DNA of 64,000 nt from Octopus sinensis (lineage: Eukaryota). The position numbers and the translations under genes were made by a program. How positions within the stretch are numbered: the stretch's first letter is position 1; each line of letters opens with the position of its first letter. The stretch lies in contig NC_043011.1 of assembly GCF_006345805.1 (NCBI RefSeq), forward strand, positions 25,680,464 through 25,744,463, given 5' to 3'. Below are positions 1 through 12,547 of the stretch, piece after piece. A model generated the notes under the pieces. That model was not told the origin of the DNA, did no database searches, and saw only the letters and a program-made list of their open reading frames with translations.

Positions 1-269
1 AAAATTTAAATCAAGGTGCAATTTCTTTTGCAAACTTATGATCTGAAATGCTAATGCAGCGCAATGCATGCATGTAGAACACCAAAATATTCTATTCTAA
101 ATATTCTATTTAAAATTCCTGAATATTCTTTGGTGTTTGGACAATTTGCACATCTCTTGATGGCTTTTGTTTTCCCGACGTTGAAATTTTCTGCCCCTAA
201 CAATATTGTATTTTGTCTAGTTATTTTCTCCATGATGGTCCACATTAAAATGCAAGCAAAAATTTCCCT

Positions 270-2690
270 CATCATCACTGTTTAACATTTGTTTTCCTTG
301 ATGGCATGGTTGGATGGTTTGACAAGAGCTGATGAGCCAGAGGACTGCATCAAGCTCCAAAGTCTGCTTTGCCAGGGTTTCTATGGCTGGATGTCCTTCC
401 TAATACCAACCACTTCACAGAATGTACTGGGTGCTTTTTATGTGTCACTGGCACCAATGAGGTTACCAAATAACTTGCAAAACAAGACCTCTTACTTGAG
501 GTGGTGGAGTGTAGTTTTGAGGAAGGTGGCTTTATACCAGGTAATGAAAGGTTGAAATATGAGAGAGAGAGAGAGAGAGAGAGACAGAAAGAGGTATTTT
601 GCTGTAAGTGAGATAAATAGCTACTCCAGTTTGTAAATGAGAAAAGATGGTGGTGAAGAAGTGTCAATGCATACTCTCAAGTTACAGAAAGGGGAATATA
701 AGAGAAGTAGTCCAGATAAATGAATAGAATGAATGAATGGGTAGGTAAATTTTCGAGAGTGTGAAAGGAGAGTGGTGGATGACTAAAGACAGAGAATGAG
801 GTGAATGCAGTGAAGCAGTGAACGGTGAACTAGGTTGGAGGCATGGTCAGTGTTGAATATCAATTTTGTGAGGTGCAGAAGGTGAAAGTGATAGGAGACA
901 ACACTGGTGATATGAAGGTGAAGTGTGGGTGATGTGCAAGAGATGCATTGTGCCAGGGATGAGGTCAGAGGTACATAGGGGTGGAAATGGTGGGAAGTGA
1001 AGGTAGGTAGTGGGGCTTCCATAGGCAAAGTGAGAGAGTGTACAGGGGAGAAGTGGAGGTGAAAGAGGATTTCAGAAGAAAATAAGGTTGTAAGGGATGA
1101 TATTGAGAATGCAAATGACAATGGAAGTGGTTTCAGGAAGGGTGAGTGAGGACACAGAAAATTGGAAAATTCAATATTTGCAATTCTGCTCTTGTATAAT
1201 TACAGCAGCTGTGTGAGCATTGTCATGGTCAGAAGAATGATGGAAAGGAAGGTGTTTGATGAGTTGTGGGTAAAAGACATATGAGGGATAGATTAGGTGC
1301 GGGGGCATAGACATAAATAATATGCTTTTAGGGCCTCATTTTTGCTGAAATGGACAGGTCTTCTTGAATACAGAAAGTCACCAATCATCTTGGTCCTTTT
1401 GACCTCTTCCGGGGTTCAACATCTGAAGATCATTCTTCACTACTTTGTCTCACATCTTCCTGAATTACTGTCTTCCGCAGGTTCCATCCACACTTAGCAA
1501 TCAACACATCTTTATACAGCTGTCCACGTCCATATGATTACATGACTATACCAGATCAGTCTTCGGTCTTGCACACTTCATCTGATGTCACTTGTGCCAA
1601 ATTTTTCTCTCATCACATTTGCATTTTGTTGTACATGCACACTGATGTTGCACATCCAACAGAGAATGCTAGCTCATTTTTTTCTAGCCTTTGCATGTCC
1701 TCTGCATTTATGGTGCATGTTTCACTACTATGTGGCATTACTGTTCATACACAAGCATCATACAATGTGCCTTTCATGCTGAGAGAGAGAGACCTTTTGT
1801 TACCAATGAAGGTAACAGCTCTCTGAACTTTCTCCCACTGATTCTTATTTTAATGATTATGCATTCAGAGCATCCTCCTCCACTGCTAATTAGGTCACCT
1901 AGGTAACTGAAATTATCTACTATCTCTAAGGACCCTCCTGGGCATTCAAGACAGTTTATTTCTTGTAAATTCTTATTATATATTGCTCCTGCTCATCTGC
2001 TGCATACAAAACCTACTTTCTCTGTTAACCTTCCTGTTGGTCTACTACACCTCTTAAATGTCTACAGTTTGCACTGGGTGTACTGTATGGAATTTCTACC
2101 AAAACCTTTTCTACATATTGAACAGGGCCATTTATTTGAAGGAATTAGAAATTTGTCTGTTTTCCTGCTTACTAGAACTTTGGTCTTTGCTGAGTTAACT
2201 TTAACCCTTTAGCATTTAAACTGGCCATATCCGACCAAAAGTATTCTGCCTGTTTTATGTTCAAACTGGCCAAATCTGGTCTCTCACACCAACCCTACAT
2301 TATCGTTTTAAAAATTAGCATCCACTTCATCAAAATCTCATAGCTACAAGATAATGCATGATTAGTTCAAAACAATGTGGATAAAAAAGTATTAATTTTG
2401 GCAGAATAATGCGAACACTAAAGGGTTAAGGCTATTTGATTTCAGATTTTATTTCCAAACCTGGAATTTAATTTCTAATTCTACAACAGATTCAGCTATT
2501 AGAATGTGGTCATCAGCATAGATGAGCTTTCATGAACAACGAGTCTTAAACCCCTCTGTTATGGTCTGGAAGACTATGTTAAAGAGGAGGGAGTTACTAC
2601 TTTTAAAAGCATCTCAGTTATGATAGTATGATGTTGCATGCTTCACTGATTCATAGTGACTGAAATGTCATCAGTGGCCTTCACAGTGAC
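270..2690 (-). mobile_element. Degenerate RTE-clade LINE (3' tail, 3' UTR and RT remnants), interrupted by a MITE
   Basis: Minus-strand RTE-type tail at ~270-460, similar to the + copy at 6250-6428. RT C-terminal remnants at ~1400-1560 read like a decayed GRPRKTW..VV region. Many stops and frameshifts; boundaries approximate. Confidence 0.7.
2205..2425. mobile_element. piggyBac-like MITE
   Basis: TTAA at 2201-2204 and 2426-2429 flank TIRs CCCTTTAGCATT / AACACTAAAGGG. Confidence 0.85.
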
Positions 2691-2899
2691 CACATTTAAG
2701 CAAAAACGGTGATGTTGCTTACATGTCTCCTGTAAATGATACATCTTATAGTGTGTGGGGGTTTCATCAGTTTCGACATGTGAAGATAGTGGAGAAAGTA
2801 ATAGGGAAACAAATAAGGGTTGTCAACAAAAGGGCATCCACTGCAAGAAGTTCCATCTAACCCATGCCAGCATGGAGGGAATAAAATGGACATAAGACT

Positions 2900-3250
2900 G
2901 ATGATGATGATGATGATGATATAGAGGACAATGAGGATGATGATGATGATTGCGGTGATAATGGTTATGGTGGTGGTGATGTTTGTGGTAGTGATATTGG
3001 TCATGGTGGTGGTAGCGATGATGATGGTGATGATGATCATTGTTATGATGATGGGGATGGCAATGATGCTGGTTTGATGGTGGTGGTAGTGATGATAATG
3101 GTGGTGGTGATGATAATGGTCGTTATAGTGGTGATGGTTATGACAATGGGGACTATAATGTTAATGATGATGATGATGATGGTGATAGTGGTGATGATGA
3201 CAATGATGTATGTATGTATGTATGTATGTATGTATGTATGTATGCATGTA
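2900..3250. repeat. (GAT/GGT)n and (ATGT)n microsatellite tract
   Basis: Visible simple repeats following an RTE-type tail at ~2700-2905. Confidence 0.9.
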
Positions 3251-3540
3251 TTCATGCAAGCATGCACTCATGTCTGTCCATGCAATTCCATAAGATATTC
3301 TGGATATGATTCACAGCAATTTTGGAGAGAGACATGGGTTACGTTGGATCTTTCCCAAATATGATTTTGTTTTCCTTTATATATCTATTATTTTGTATAT
3401 ATATTTATATATATATTTGTATTTATATTTATTTTGTCACTGAGAAACCAGAAATACCTTTATGTTAATGTTGTTGTTATTGTTTGTCCTTGTTACCATT
3501 TCTTTTTGCCTTAATTCTTACAGTTCTATATTTAAGAGAT

Positions 3541-3800
3541 GAGGAATTATGTACATTGTTTACATTTGATGGATATTTGTCCTCATCTTGTTTGTTGTTA
3601 ACACAACGTTCATGGCTTATATACCCTCCAGCCTTCATCAGGTGTCTTGGGGAAATTTCGAACCTTGGTTCTCATTCCTAAGGTATTTTTCCCAAGACAC
3701 CTGATGAAGGCTGGAGGGTCTATCAGTCGAAACATTGTATTAACAACAAACAAGATGAGGACAAATATCCATCAAATGTAAACAATGTAAATAATGCCTT
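3541..3800. mobile_element. Inverted pair of Penelope-like pLTR fragments carrying minimal hammerhead motifs
   Basis: Arms 3541-3651 and 3691-3800 are reverse complements. The right arm reads GACAC-CTGATGA-A-GGCTG(10 nt)CAGTC-GAAAC. Confidence 0.75.
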
Positions 3801-4194
3801 AATTCTTGTTTTTATTTCTCGTGCCATGTTTTCCTATTTGCATGTTGGTGTGTTTGTGAACATATAGCTGCATGTGTGTACTGTGTTTGTTTGAGTTTGT
3901 ATATAATGTATGTGTGTGTGTGTATTTGGATGCAGTTGTGTGTATATGCATATATAAGTGGTGTGTGTGTATTTGTATGCATTTGTGTGTGTGTGTGTGT
4001 TTTTCTTTATGTCTGTTTTGTGTGCATGTATTTTTGCATGTGTGTGTATGTTTGTGCATGTGTGTGTTTAATATGTATCTGAGTTTTTGTGTGTGAATGC
4101 ATGTATGTATGTATATGAGTGTATGTGTACATGTATGTATGTATGTATGTATGTATGTATGTATGAATGTATGTATGTCTGTGTCTGCACGTTT

Positions 4195-4553
4195 ATTCAA
4201 ATTCCAATCAATGACCCTAACCCTAAAACCCTAACCCTAACACCTTAAAACCAGTGCAAATGCACTAATGATGTCATAAATAACAGTGACAAAACGGAAA
4301 ATACACCACCGATAGTTTTTGTTGACAAACAACAGCAGTAATTTTATTCAGCTGAATACATGTTATTGATTGGTTGAAATTACTGAAATACGAGAACTTT
4401 AAGGTGAAATATCTTCATAAATATAAGTTTTTCTCAAAAATGCTAAGAGTAAAACATGTTTATATGACACATTCTACCAGTGTCCGAAGTTTGAAAGTGT
4501 TTAGTTACAAAAAATTATTTTTTAAATCTGTAGGTCAAAAGGTAAAAGATCCA
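4195..4553. repeat. Interspersed repeat containing short telomere-like (CCCTAA) units
   Basis: ccctaaccctaaaaccctaaccctaac at 4215-4241 within non-simple sequence; boundaries approximate. Confidence 0.45.
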
Positions 4554-4875
4554 ACATCTTATAAGATTTTTGATAAACTATTATAAACGCCAATAAAACA
4601 ATAGAATAAGGATGCATATAAATGATAATAATCTTTTCCTTGAGAGAATAAAGAATTAGAATTTTGATGCCAAAGGACAAGAATTATCTGAAGAATGTTA
4701 AGTTTTGCTATTGTTTCTGAAAGCTCCCATTTTTTTTCTAGTGAGTAGCAAAATAACCATATAGTGTCCATTTGGAAAACGGGGAAATAAGATAGTCTGA
4801 CTCAGTTTTAAGCTAAATGTGTATCATAGAGTAATGAATCATTTTATTCTAAAACTTTGTATTAATCTGTGTTGC

Positions 4876-5260
4876 AGAGCAGTGATACACTTGGAACTAT
4901 TTTGTTCTATGATGAGTCCTAGTACATATTATGAGTGATAGAGGTCACCATTTTAAATTGTTATGTATATTTAGAGCAGTGGTACATATGGAACAATTTT
5001 GTACAAATGTGAGTCCTATTGTGTTATGTGGTAACCACTAGAAGCTTCATATTGATGTATATTATACAGCACTGATATAGATGGGACTATTTTATACCTA
5101 GGTGAGTCCAGTTGTGTGATGCAATCACTACTAAAGCCTGTGAATTAATGCGTACTTGAGAGCAATGATATACATGGGACTATTTTGCATGAAAGTGAGT
5201 CCTATTGTGTGATGTAGACACTACTAAAGCCTTTGAATTAATGTTTATTATAGAGCAATT
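4876..5260. repeat. Degenerate tandem repeat, ~93-96 bp x 4
   Basis: Units start agagcagtg/acagcactg/agagcaatg at ~4876, 4972, 5066, 5159, 5252; each contains ggRactatttt...tgagtcc or a close variant. Confidence 0.8.
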
Positions 5261-5268
5261 TTACACAA

Positions 5269-5431
5269 GGTGTAGGAGTGGCTGTGTGGTAAGTAGCTTG
5301 CTTACCAACCACATGGTTCCGAGTTCAGTCCCAATGCATAGCACCTTGGGCAAGTGTCTTCTACTATAGCCTCGGGCCGACCAAAGCCTTGTGAGTGGAT
5401 TTGGTAAACGGAAACTGAAAGAAGCCCGTTG
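5269..5431 (+). mobile_element. tRNA-derived SINE family A (head only)
   Basis: ggtgtaggagtggctgtgtggtaagtagcttgc...ggttccgagttcagtccc (A/B-box-like); matches many copies in the window. Confidence 0.9.
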
Positions 5432-5809
5432 TATATATATGTATATATGTATAATGTAGGATAATGTAGACCTGAATACACAGTTTGAAAATGAGATGGT
5501 ATCATCATGGCTGAAAAGCCTTTGATCATAGGTTTCCTTGATCAGACATTATCAAACAAGGGATTAAACAACAAGAACAACTACAATAGTACTACAATTG
5601 TTTATAGTACAGTGGGTTGTTCTCGTTTGCTTTTTAGCTAATTTATTGTTATTTGGAATGTATCATTTGTCAGCTTATCACTTTAATCTCAGACTCAAAG
5701 TAGTGGTCAGTGACATGACATGAAGCTTTAACATATTAACTAGTTTCACCATTGCTCTATCAGTTTATCTATCCATACTCTGTGTATTAAAATAGACAGA
5801 AATATGTTG

Positions 5810-6428
5810 TGCTTGAGAAGACCCAGCAAGCCAAGTGAGACCATAACCTCATGGCCTATGCCAGGGGTGTAACCAGCCCACTTATGCATCCCTTTCCTTC
5901 ATTGGACACTAAACTCTGCTTGTGAAGACCTGTTGAGGCAAGTGAAATCAAAATCAAATTTGATGACTGGCATCTGTGCTAGTGGAGCGCTAAGAGCACC
6001 ATTCAAGTGTGATCATTGCCAGAGCAGCTGACTGGCTTCTGTGCCAGTGGCACGTAAAAAGCACCATTTGAGCGTGATCGTTACCAGCGTTGCCTTACTG
6101 GCACTTGTGCTGGTAGCACGTAAAAACACATCCGAGCGAGGTCGTTGCCAGTGCTGCTGGACAGGCTCCTGTGCAGGTGGCACATAAAAAACAACATTTA
6201 AGCATGGCCATTGCCAGTACTGCCTGACAGTCCCCCGTGCCGGTGGCACGTGAAAGCACCCACTACACTCTCGGAGTGGTTGGCATTAGGAAGGGCATCC
6301 AGCTGTAGAAACTCTGCCAGATCAGATTGGAGCCTGGTGCAGCCATTTGGTTCGCCAGTCCTCCGTCAAATCGTCCAACCCATGCTAGCATGGAAAGCAG
6401 ACGTTAAACGATGATGAATGATGATGAT
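5810..6428 (+). mobile_element. RTE-tail retroposon with internal ~60-bp subrepeats
   Basis: Repeated tggcacgtaaaaagcacc-type units; ends ccatgctagcatggaaagcagacgttaaacgatgatga. Confidence 0.8.
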
Positions 6429-7374
6429 TTAGTAAATTATCATTCTTCTTCATTGTGACTACTCATTGATTAATAAACCTATAACTGACAATTGGTGAAT
6501 TGATCAGCACAAATGATCAGTGAAACCACTGTTGATCAATAAATTCATAGTTGATCTATGATCCCATGAATTTTTTATATCTTTGTAGTCAGGAGGGATA
6601 GTATGCCTGTGACCTGTTACAGGGCTTCTGATACTGATGGGAAGGAAGGAGTAATGTATCCTCAAACTGGGAGCCTGGGCCAAATACTTGCAATGAGTAG
6701 ACTCTGCTAAAAGCATCATAGGTGCAGGAGTGGCTGTGTGGTAAGTAGCTTGTTTACCAACCACATGGAGTGGATTTGGTAGATAGAAACTGAAAGAAGC
6801 CTGTCACACACACACATGCATGTGTGTGTATTTGTGTGTTCCCTTGTCTTGACATCATGTAGTGAATGTGAACAAACATCACCATTATAAAAGTGATGTT
6901 ATCCATTTCTGGTCTTTCATGGAAAACATGTCTGGCTATGGGGAAATATTACCTTACTTGGAAATAGGTGAAGATTGACAACAGGAAGGGCAACCAAACA
7001 TTGAAAATATGCTTCCAGAGATAGCGTTCTGCCCTGAGCAAGCATAGAAAAGTAGATGTTAAAATGATGATGATGATTCCCATTCTTCTTCATTGTTAAC
7101 CTTCAAATTAATCATATCTGTAAAGCCATGGCTGATGAACTAAAATATCAGCAAATAAGTACCAAATGATGTTAAGGAGGAAACTGAGAAGTGTTTTGGA
7201 TGGATTGTACCTGCTCTTGGCTGGTAGTCTTACTTTGTCACTCACTTTAAAATCCCTATCTGGACCTTGGACATCTTTAGCGGAATACGCTCTGTTGCAA
7301 ATATTCTGGTCAAAACATTGAATTCTTTCTCCATTTCTGCCATCAGTCTCAGAGGTCTTGCATGAAAATCTTTA

Positions 7375-7545
7375 GGCGTAGGATTGGCTGTGTGGTAAGT
7401 AGCTTGCTTACCAACCACATGGTTCTGGGTTCAGTCTCACTGCATGGCACCTTGGGCAAGTGTCTTCTGCTATAGCCTCGGGCCAACCAAAGCCTTATGA
7501 GTGGATTTGGTAGATGGAAACTGAAAGAAGCCCATCGTATATATG

Positions 7546-7622
<77 letters not shown>

Positions 7623-7830
7623 TTGTGTGTCTGTGTTTGTCCCCCCAACATTGCTTGACAACCAATGCTGGTGTGTTCATGTTCCCATAACTTAGCGGTT
7701 CAGCAAAAGGGACCGATAGAATAAGTACTAGGCTTACAAAGAATAAGTCCTGGGGTCGATTTGCTCGACTAAATGTGGTGCTCTAGCATGGCCACAGTCA
7801 AATGACTGAAACAAGTAAAAGAGTAAAGAG
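7375..7830 (+). mobile_element. SINE family A, full length
   Basis: tRNA-like head, internal (TA)n/(TG)n, 3' part ending gactgaaacaagtaaaagagtaaagag. Confidence 0.92.
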
Positions 7831-7945
7831 TTGTGTCAGGAAAAAAAAATCAGTCTTGAAGTGGCTGTAATGACCATTAATGCTACTCAGTCCTCTTTAG
7901 TAAGCAATAAAAAAAATATAGTTTAGGCCAATAATGCACAATAGT

Positions 7946-8190
7946 GGAGGTGTGTGGCTTAGTGATTAGGGTGTTGGATTCATGATCATAAGATTGTGGT
8001 TTCAATTCCTGGACCGGGTAATGCATTGTGTTCTTGAGCAAAACACTTCATTTCACACTGCTCCAGTCCACTCAGCTGGAAAAAATGAATATTCCTGTGA
8101 CAGACCAGGGTTCCATCCAGGCGGGGAATTTATTTGCCATGAAACTGGGAAACCAGCCCTTATGAGTTGGCATAACTCAAGAAGGTAATT
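7946..8190 (+). mobile_element. tRNA-derived SINE family B
   Basis: ggaggtgtgtggcttagtgattagg...ttcttgagcaaaacact...ccagtccactcagctg; related copies at ~14995-15318(-), 19110-19410(-), 50262-50570(+). Confidence 0.8.
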
Positions 8191-8569
8191 TTACTAGTAA
8201 TTCACAATGTTTTCTAAGTGGGCCACTTATAGTTCTTGGTGGTTCACTGTGAGTTTTATGTTCAACTGTGTTGTATTATGCAACTAAAATTCATATTTGG
8301 TGATCCATGAAATTTACTTCTTGAATTTTATGGATTGCCTTCTAATAAAATTTAGACAAGTGTTTCTGAAACAAAAGTTTTGGAAAGGCTTGTATAAAAT
8401 CAGTACACTAGGTGTATTTTATCTTGGCTCCAATACTAGAGAATTTGTCATGTCCTCAACAAGACAAAACTAAATGATCCTCTTGGCTCTATATTGTCTC
8501 TACATATTCCTCGGTCTCTTTAGGGAATGTTACTTACTTAAGCCGTTCACTCCCTATAGAATATATATA

Positions 8570-8608
<39 letters not shown>

Positions 8609-8794
8609 AATTTATAACTTTGTATCTCCATATGTGTGTTCTATATTGATTATATATATATATATATATGCATTAAGTAGGGCATCAAGCTGTATAAACC
8701 ATATCAAAGCAGACAGAAAGGCTTGGTGCAGTTCTCTGGTTTGTCAGCTCCTGTCAAACTGTCCAACCCATGCCAGCATGATGATATATATAAC

Positions 8795-8826
<32 letters not shown>

Positions 8827-10116
8827 TATCTGAGAGTGTGTATTTGTGTGTGTGTGTATGTGTGTGTGTGTGTGTGCGTGTGTGCATGTGTGTTGTGTGT
8901 ATGTTGTGAGTGAGTGTGCATATGTTTGTATATTCCTCTTGTCCTAATATATGTGTGTTAACTGGAAACAAGGTCACCATCATACAAATATCATAATTTA
9001 TTTACAATCCTCTGTGAAAGCTTGTTGACCATTGAGCTGTTTGTTTTCAAAGGACTAGGGAAAATATTACCTTACATGGACACAATTGAGGTTGGTAACA
9101 AGAAGAGTATCTTCATATAAAAATATTTGCCTCAACAAACCCCATCTGCTGTTTGCAAGTCTAAAAATGTGGATGTTGAAATACAAATGTTGATGATGAT
9201 GATGATGATATATATATATACATACATACATACACACACATATGTGTCTTAAAAGGCAATGAGCACAAAAGAAGACAGCATGAGAGAGAGACAAGTTATA
9301 GGAAATGTTATGTTAGTTTAATGCTTAAAGAGAAGTAGAAAGGTCTTGATGTTTCAGATGCCAGTCGTGCATTGGAAGAAAGAAAAGAAAAAAATGAAAT
9401 AAAATAGAATGAACGAGAAATGGTGGTTGGGAAAGAAAATGTGATACGTATATATATCGACTGAATGATTGATCTAACTCCATAATTTAATTTACCGAGT
9501 GGTTTTTGAATGAATGTTAAGAATCAGATAATCATTTTACACATATGCATGCTTATACACGCACATGTACATAAATGTATGTATGTGTGTGTATGTATAT
9601 ATATATATATAAAGACATATACACACACATATGTACATTTATGAATTTTTTGGAGAAAGAGGATAGCATCATTGAGATGATGGGATATTTGTCTGCTTCA
9701 GTTGCACATAGGATCTATTATCACCATCATGAATCCATTGAACCAATCAGCTGTCTCCATTGGAAATCAGTAACCCATGAGGCTAATGTAAACAAAATGT
9801 GATACAAAATTAAATAAAGAAGTAGATATCTTTTAGTGATCCAGTTTATTCTAATGCAACCTTTATGAGGTTATATTTTTTACAGGTTATATTTTTAAAA
9901 ATAGGACTTTACACTACATTCACAAGGAAGATCCTTGGCAGTTTTATTTCTTTTTTGTGTACTGGCTCATAAGAGCTTAATTATATGATAATGAATAAAT
10001 AATTAATACACAATCTGCTGGATTCTTTGTATGTTTTTGTGATCAGAATGCAACAGAATGCAACAGCAACTGCAGAGCGAGTTTGTTATCTTTTCCCATG
10101 CATGTTAGTCTTTTAG

Positions 10117-10169
10117 TCTAATCAGCTGGGCTGCACAGAATGGAGAAACATTAACATAGCTGGTGGAAG
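10117..10169 (+). CDS. Candidate small internal coding exon (SNQLGCTEWRNINIAGG..) of an unidentified gene
   Basis: Pyrimidine-rich acceptor tcttttag at 10109-10116 (an in-frame alternative cag ends at 10125) and consensus donor AAG|GTAAGT at 10169/10170. One frame is open. No homology recognised. Confidence 0.3.
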
Positions 10170-10220
10170 GTAAGTGACAAAACTACTAGGACTGTATTAC
10201 TTTACATATCTGCATGTATA

Positions 10221-10616
10221 GGTGTGGGAGTGGCTGTGTGGTAAGTAGCTTGCTTACCAACCACATGGTTCTGAGTTCAGTCTCACTGTGCGGCACCTTG
10301 GGCAAGTGTCTTCTACTATAGCCTCAGGCCGACCAAAGCCTTGTGAGTGGATTTGGTAGACGGAAACTGAAAGAAGCCCATCGTATATATGTATATATAT
10401 ATATGTATGTGTGTGTTTGTGTATGTCCCCACAACATCGCTTGACAACCGATGATGGTGTGTTTACGTCCCCATAACTTAGCGGTTTGGCAAAAGAGACC
10501 TATAGAATAAGTACTAGGCTTCCAAAGAATAAGTCCTAGAGTCGATTTGCTTGACTAAAGGCAGTGCTCCAGCATGGCCACAGTCACATGACTGAAACAA
10601 GTAAAAGAGTAAAAGA
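10221..10616 (+). mobile_element. SINE family A, full length
   Basis: Same head/microsatellite/tail architecture as 7375-7830. Confidence 0.92.
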
Positions 10617-10617
10617 C

Positions 10618-10815
10618 TATATGGTCATGCGATGTGTATGCATGAGAACAGCTGTGTAAAGAAGTGCTGATTACTAAATGTAGATAAAACCTGTGGAAGA
10701 AGGAGACCCAGGAGGACATTGGACAAAGTAGTGAAGGTTGATCTCAAGATAGTGAGCTTAATGTAAAAAATGACAAAAGACTAAGATGATTGGCAATTCA
10801 CTGTGCTCAAGAACT
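10618..10815 (+). mobile_element. RTE LINE RT C-terminal remnant
   Basis: Decayed translation YGH.M..HENSCVKK...GRRRPRRTLDKVVK resembles the RTE WxGHxxR...GRPRKTW region. Confidence 0.6.
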
Positions 10816-11321
10816 GTCCCTGTGGATGAAAGTAAAATTCGAAAGGTATTACATTTATGTCTATTCAATCACAGAGTTCTGCCCCTGCACCTAATCCCCT
10901 GCTGAGCCTTCCTCACTTCTCACTTTCCTGACACCCAACCTCTTACTCTTCTAACTACGGCATGGTTCAGCTGCTATAATCATCCTCTTTTGTGCTGCTA
11001 GTCACCTTCTCATCCTGGAACCACTTCCTTTTATTATCTATTCTTCATCTTCAACACCATTTTGTTCTTTGCTCTCATTTTCATCACCACTCATATCTGC
11101 TGTCAATGGCTTCCCCTGCCTTTGTTCTCCACTTACCATAGCCGCCATTGCACACCTGTGCCATCCCTCTCTATCACTGTACATCTCTCTGTTGCTCCCT
11201 TCACTCTCCCACCCTGCATATCATCTCACTGTTTTCCTGCTGTTCTTTCTGTTACTGCTGTTCTTTTTGTTGCTAATGCTTTTGTAGTCACTGTTGCTTT
11301 CATTGCTTGTGTTGTTAAATA

Positions 11322-11887
11322 TTGGGTTGTCCAGAAAGTTCATGCCGATTTATAGTAGCTTACCTTTCGACTTATTTTAGAACATGGCTGAGTCCATAAA
11401 ATAGGATTTGACTACACCTCCATTTAGAGCACAGTTTAAGCTATCTTTTCATCGAAAAAAGTTTATGTTCCTATAACCTGTGTTAATTCTGTAACCCATT
11501 AAAATGGAAGATAAGAAAGTTCATTTTCAGCACTTAATGCTTTGGGAACCAGACAAAAATTGCTGCAGCTCGGCTGGGATGTTTTACCCCACCCTCCATA
11601 TTCACCTGATATTGCTCCTTCGGATTTCCACTTATTCAGGTCTCTGCAGAATAGTCTTAATGGTAAAAATTTCAATTCCTTGTATGACGTAAAAAGATAC
11701 CTTGATGAATTCTTTGCCATGAAACCACCTCAATTCTGGGAAGAGGGTATTTTCAAGTCAAATGAAAGATGGAGACGCATTGTGCAACAAAATGTTTCAT
11801 ATGTGGTTGATTAAAAATGTAATGGCAAGTATTTATTGACCTTTTTCTTTCCTTTAAAAATTGGCACAAACTTTCCGGACAACCCAA
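11322..11887 (+). mobile_element. Internally deleted mariner transposon
   Basis: TA-flanked TIRs ttgggttgtccagaaagtt / aactttccggacaacccaa. Transposase N-terminus (MEDKKVHF..) is joined to the C-terminus with HPPYSPDIAPSDFHLF. Confidence 0.93.
11542..11814 (+). pseudogene. mariner transposase C-terminal fragment
   Basis: LGWDVLPHPPYSPDIAPSDFHLFRSLQNSL is the canonical mariner YSPDLAP motif. Confidence 0.9.
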
Positions 11888-12254
11888 TACAGTATGATAA
11901 CCATAGCTGTTGTTGCTGTAACCATTGTGGTCATCAGTTTTGTACTTATGCTCTCTTGGGAAACTGGTAGCAGTATGACATTTTTTCACTACCTCCTCAT
12001 TGAATCTGTTTGTGAGTATCAACAACACCACATTTTGCAATGAGAAAAAAAGAATGGACAAAAGCAAATAAATATCACAATAATTGTACTACTGTTCAGG
12101 GCACTATTTGGCACCCCTCCACTTCACCATGTGAAATAGAGGTCCTTATTTAAGCTTTTACAAAATTTAGAACAATAAAATTATTTCCAACAGAATCAAG
12201 CAAACCTTCAGTAACTGATGTGACTTTTGTGACTTAAGAATAATAATTCTTTCT

Positions 12255-12455
12255 AATTTTTGTACAAAGCTAGCAGTTTTGATGGGAAGGGCAAGTTGAT
12301 TACATCAATTGCAGTACTCGAATAGCACTTATTCTATCAACTCCAAAAGGCAAAGCTGACCTTGGCAGAATTTGAACTCAGAATATAAAGAGCTTGAAGA
12401 AATGCCACTAAGCATTATATCTGATGTGCTAATGTTTTGCCAACTCACTGCCTTG
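12255..12455 (-). mobile_element. SINE family C (Nin-domain-like), old CpG-depleted copy
   Basis: aaaggcaaagctgaccttggcagaatttgaactcagaa matches the reverse complement of the copy at 53845-54075; further decayed copies at ~25170, 29070, 34010, 39170, 39400, 39820. Confidence 0.8.
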
Positions 12456-12547
12456 CAACTACTGCTGCTGCTACTACTACTACTACTACTACTACTACTG
12501 CTACTACTACTACAACTGCTACTACTGCTGTTGCTGCTGCTGCTGCA

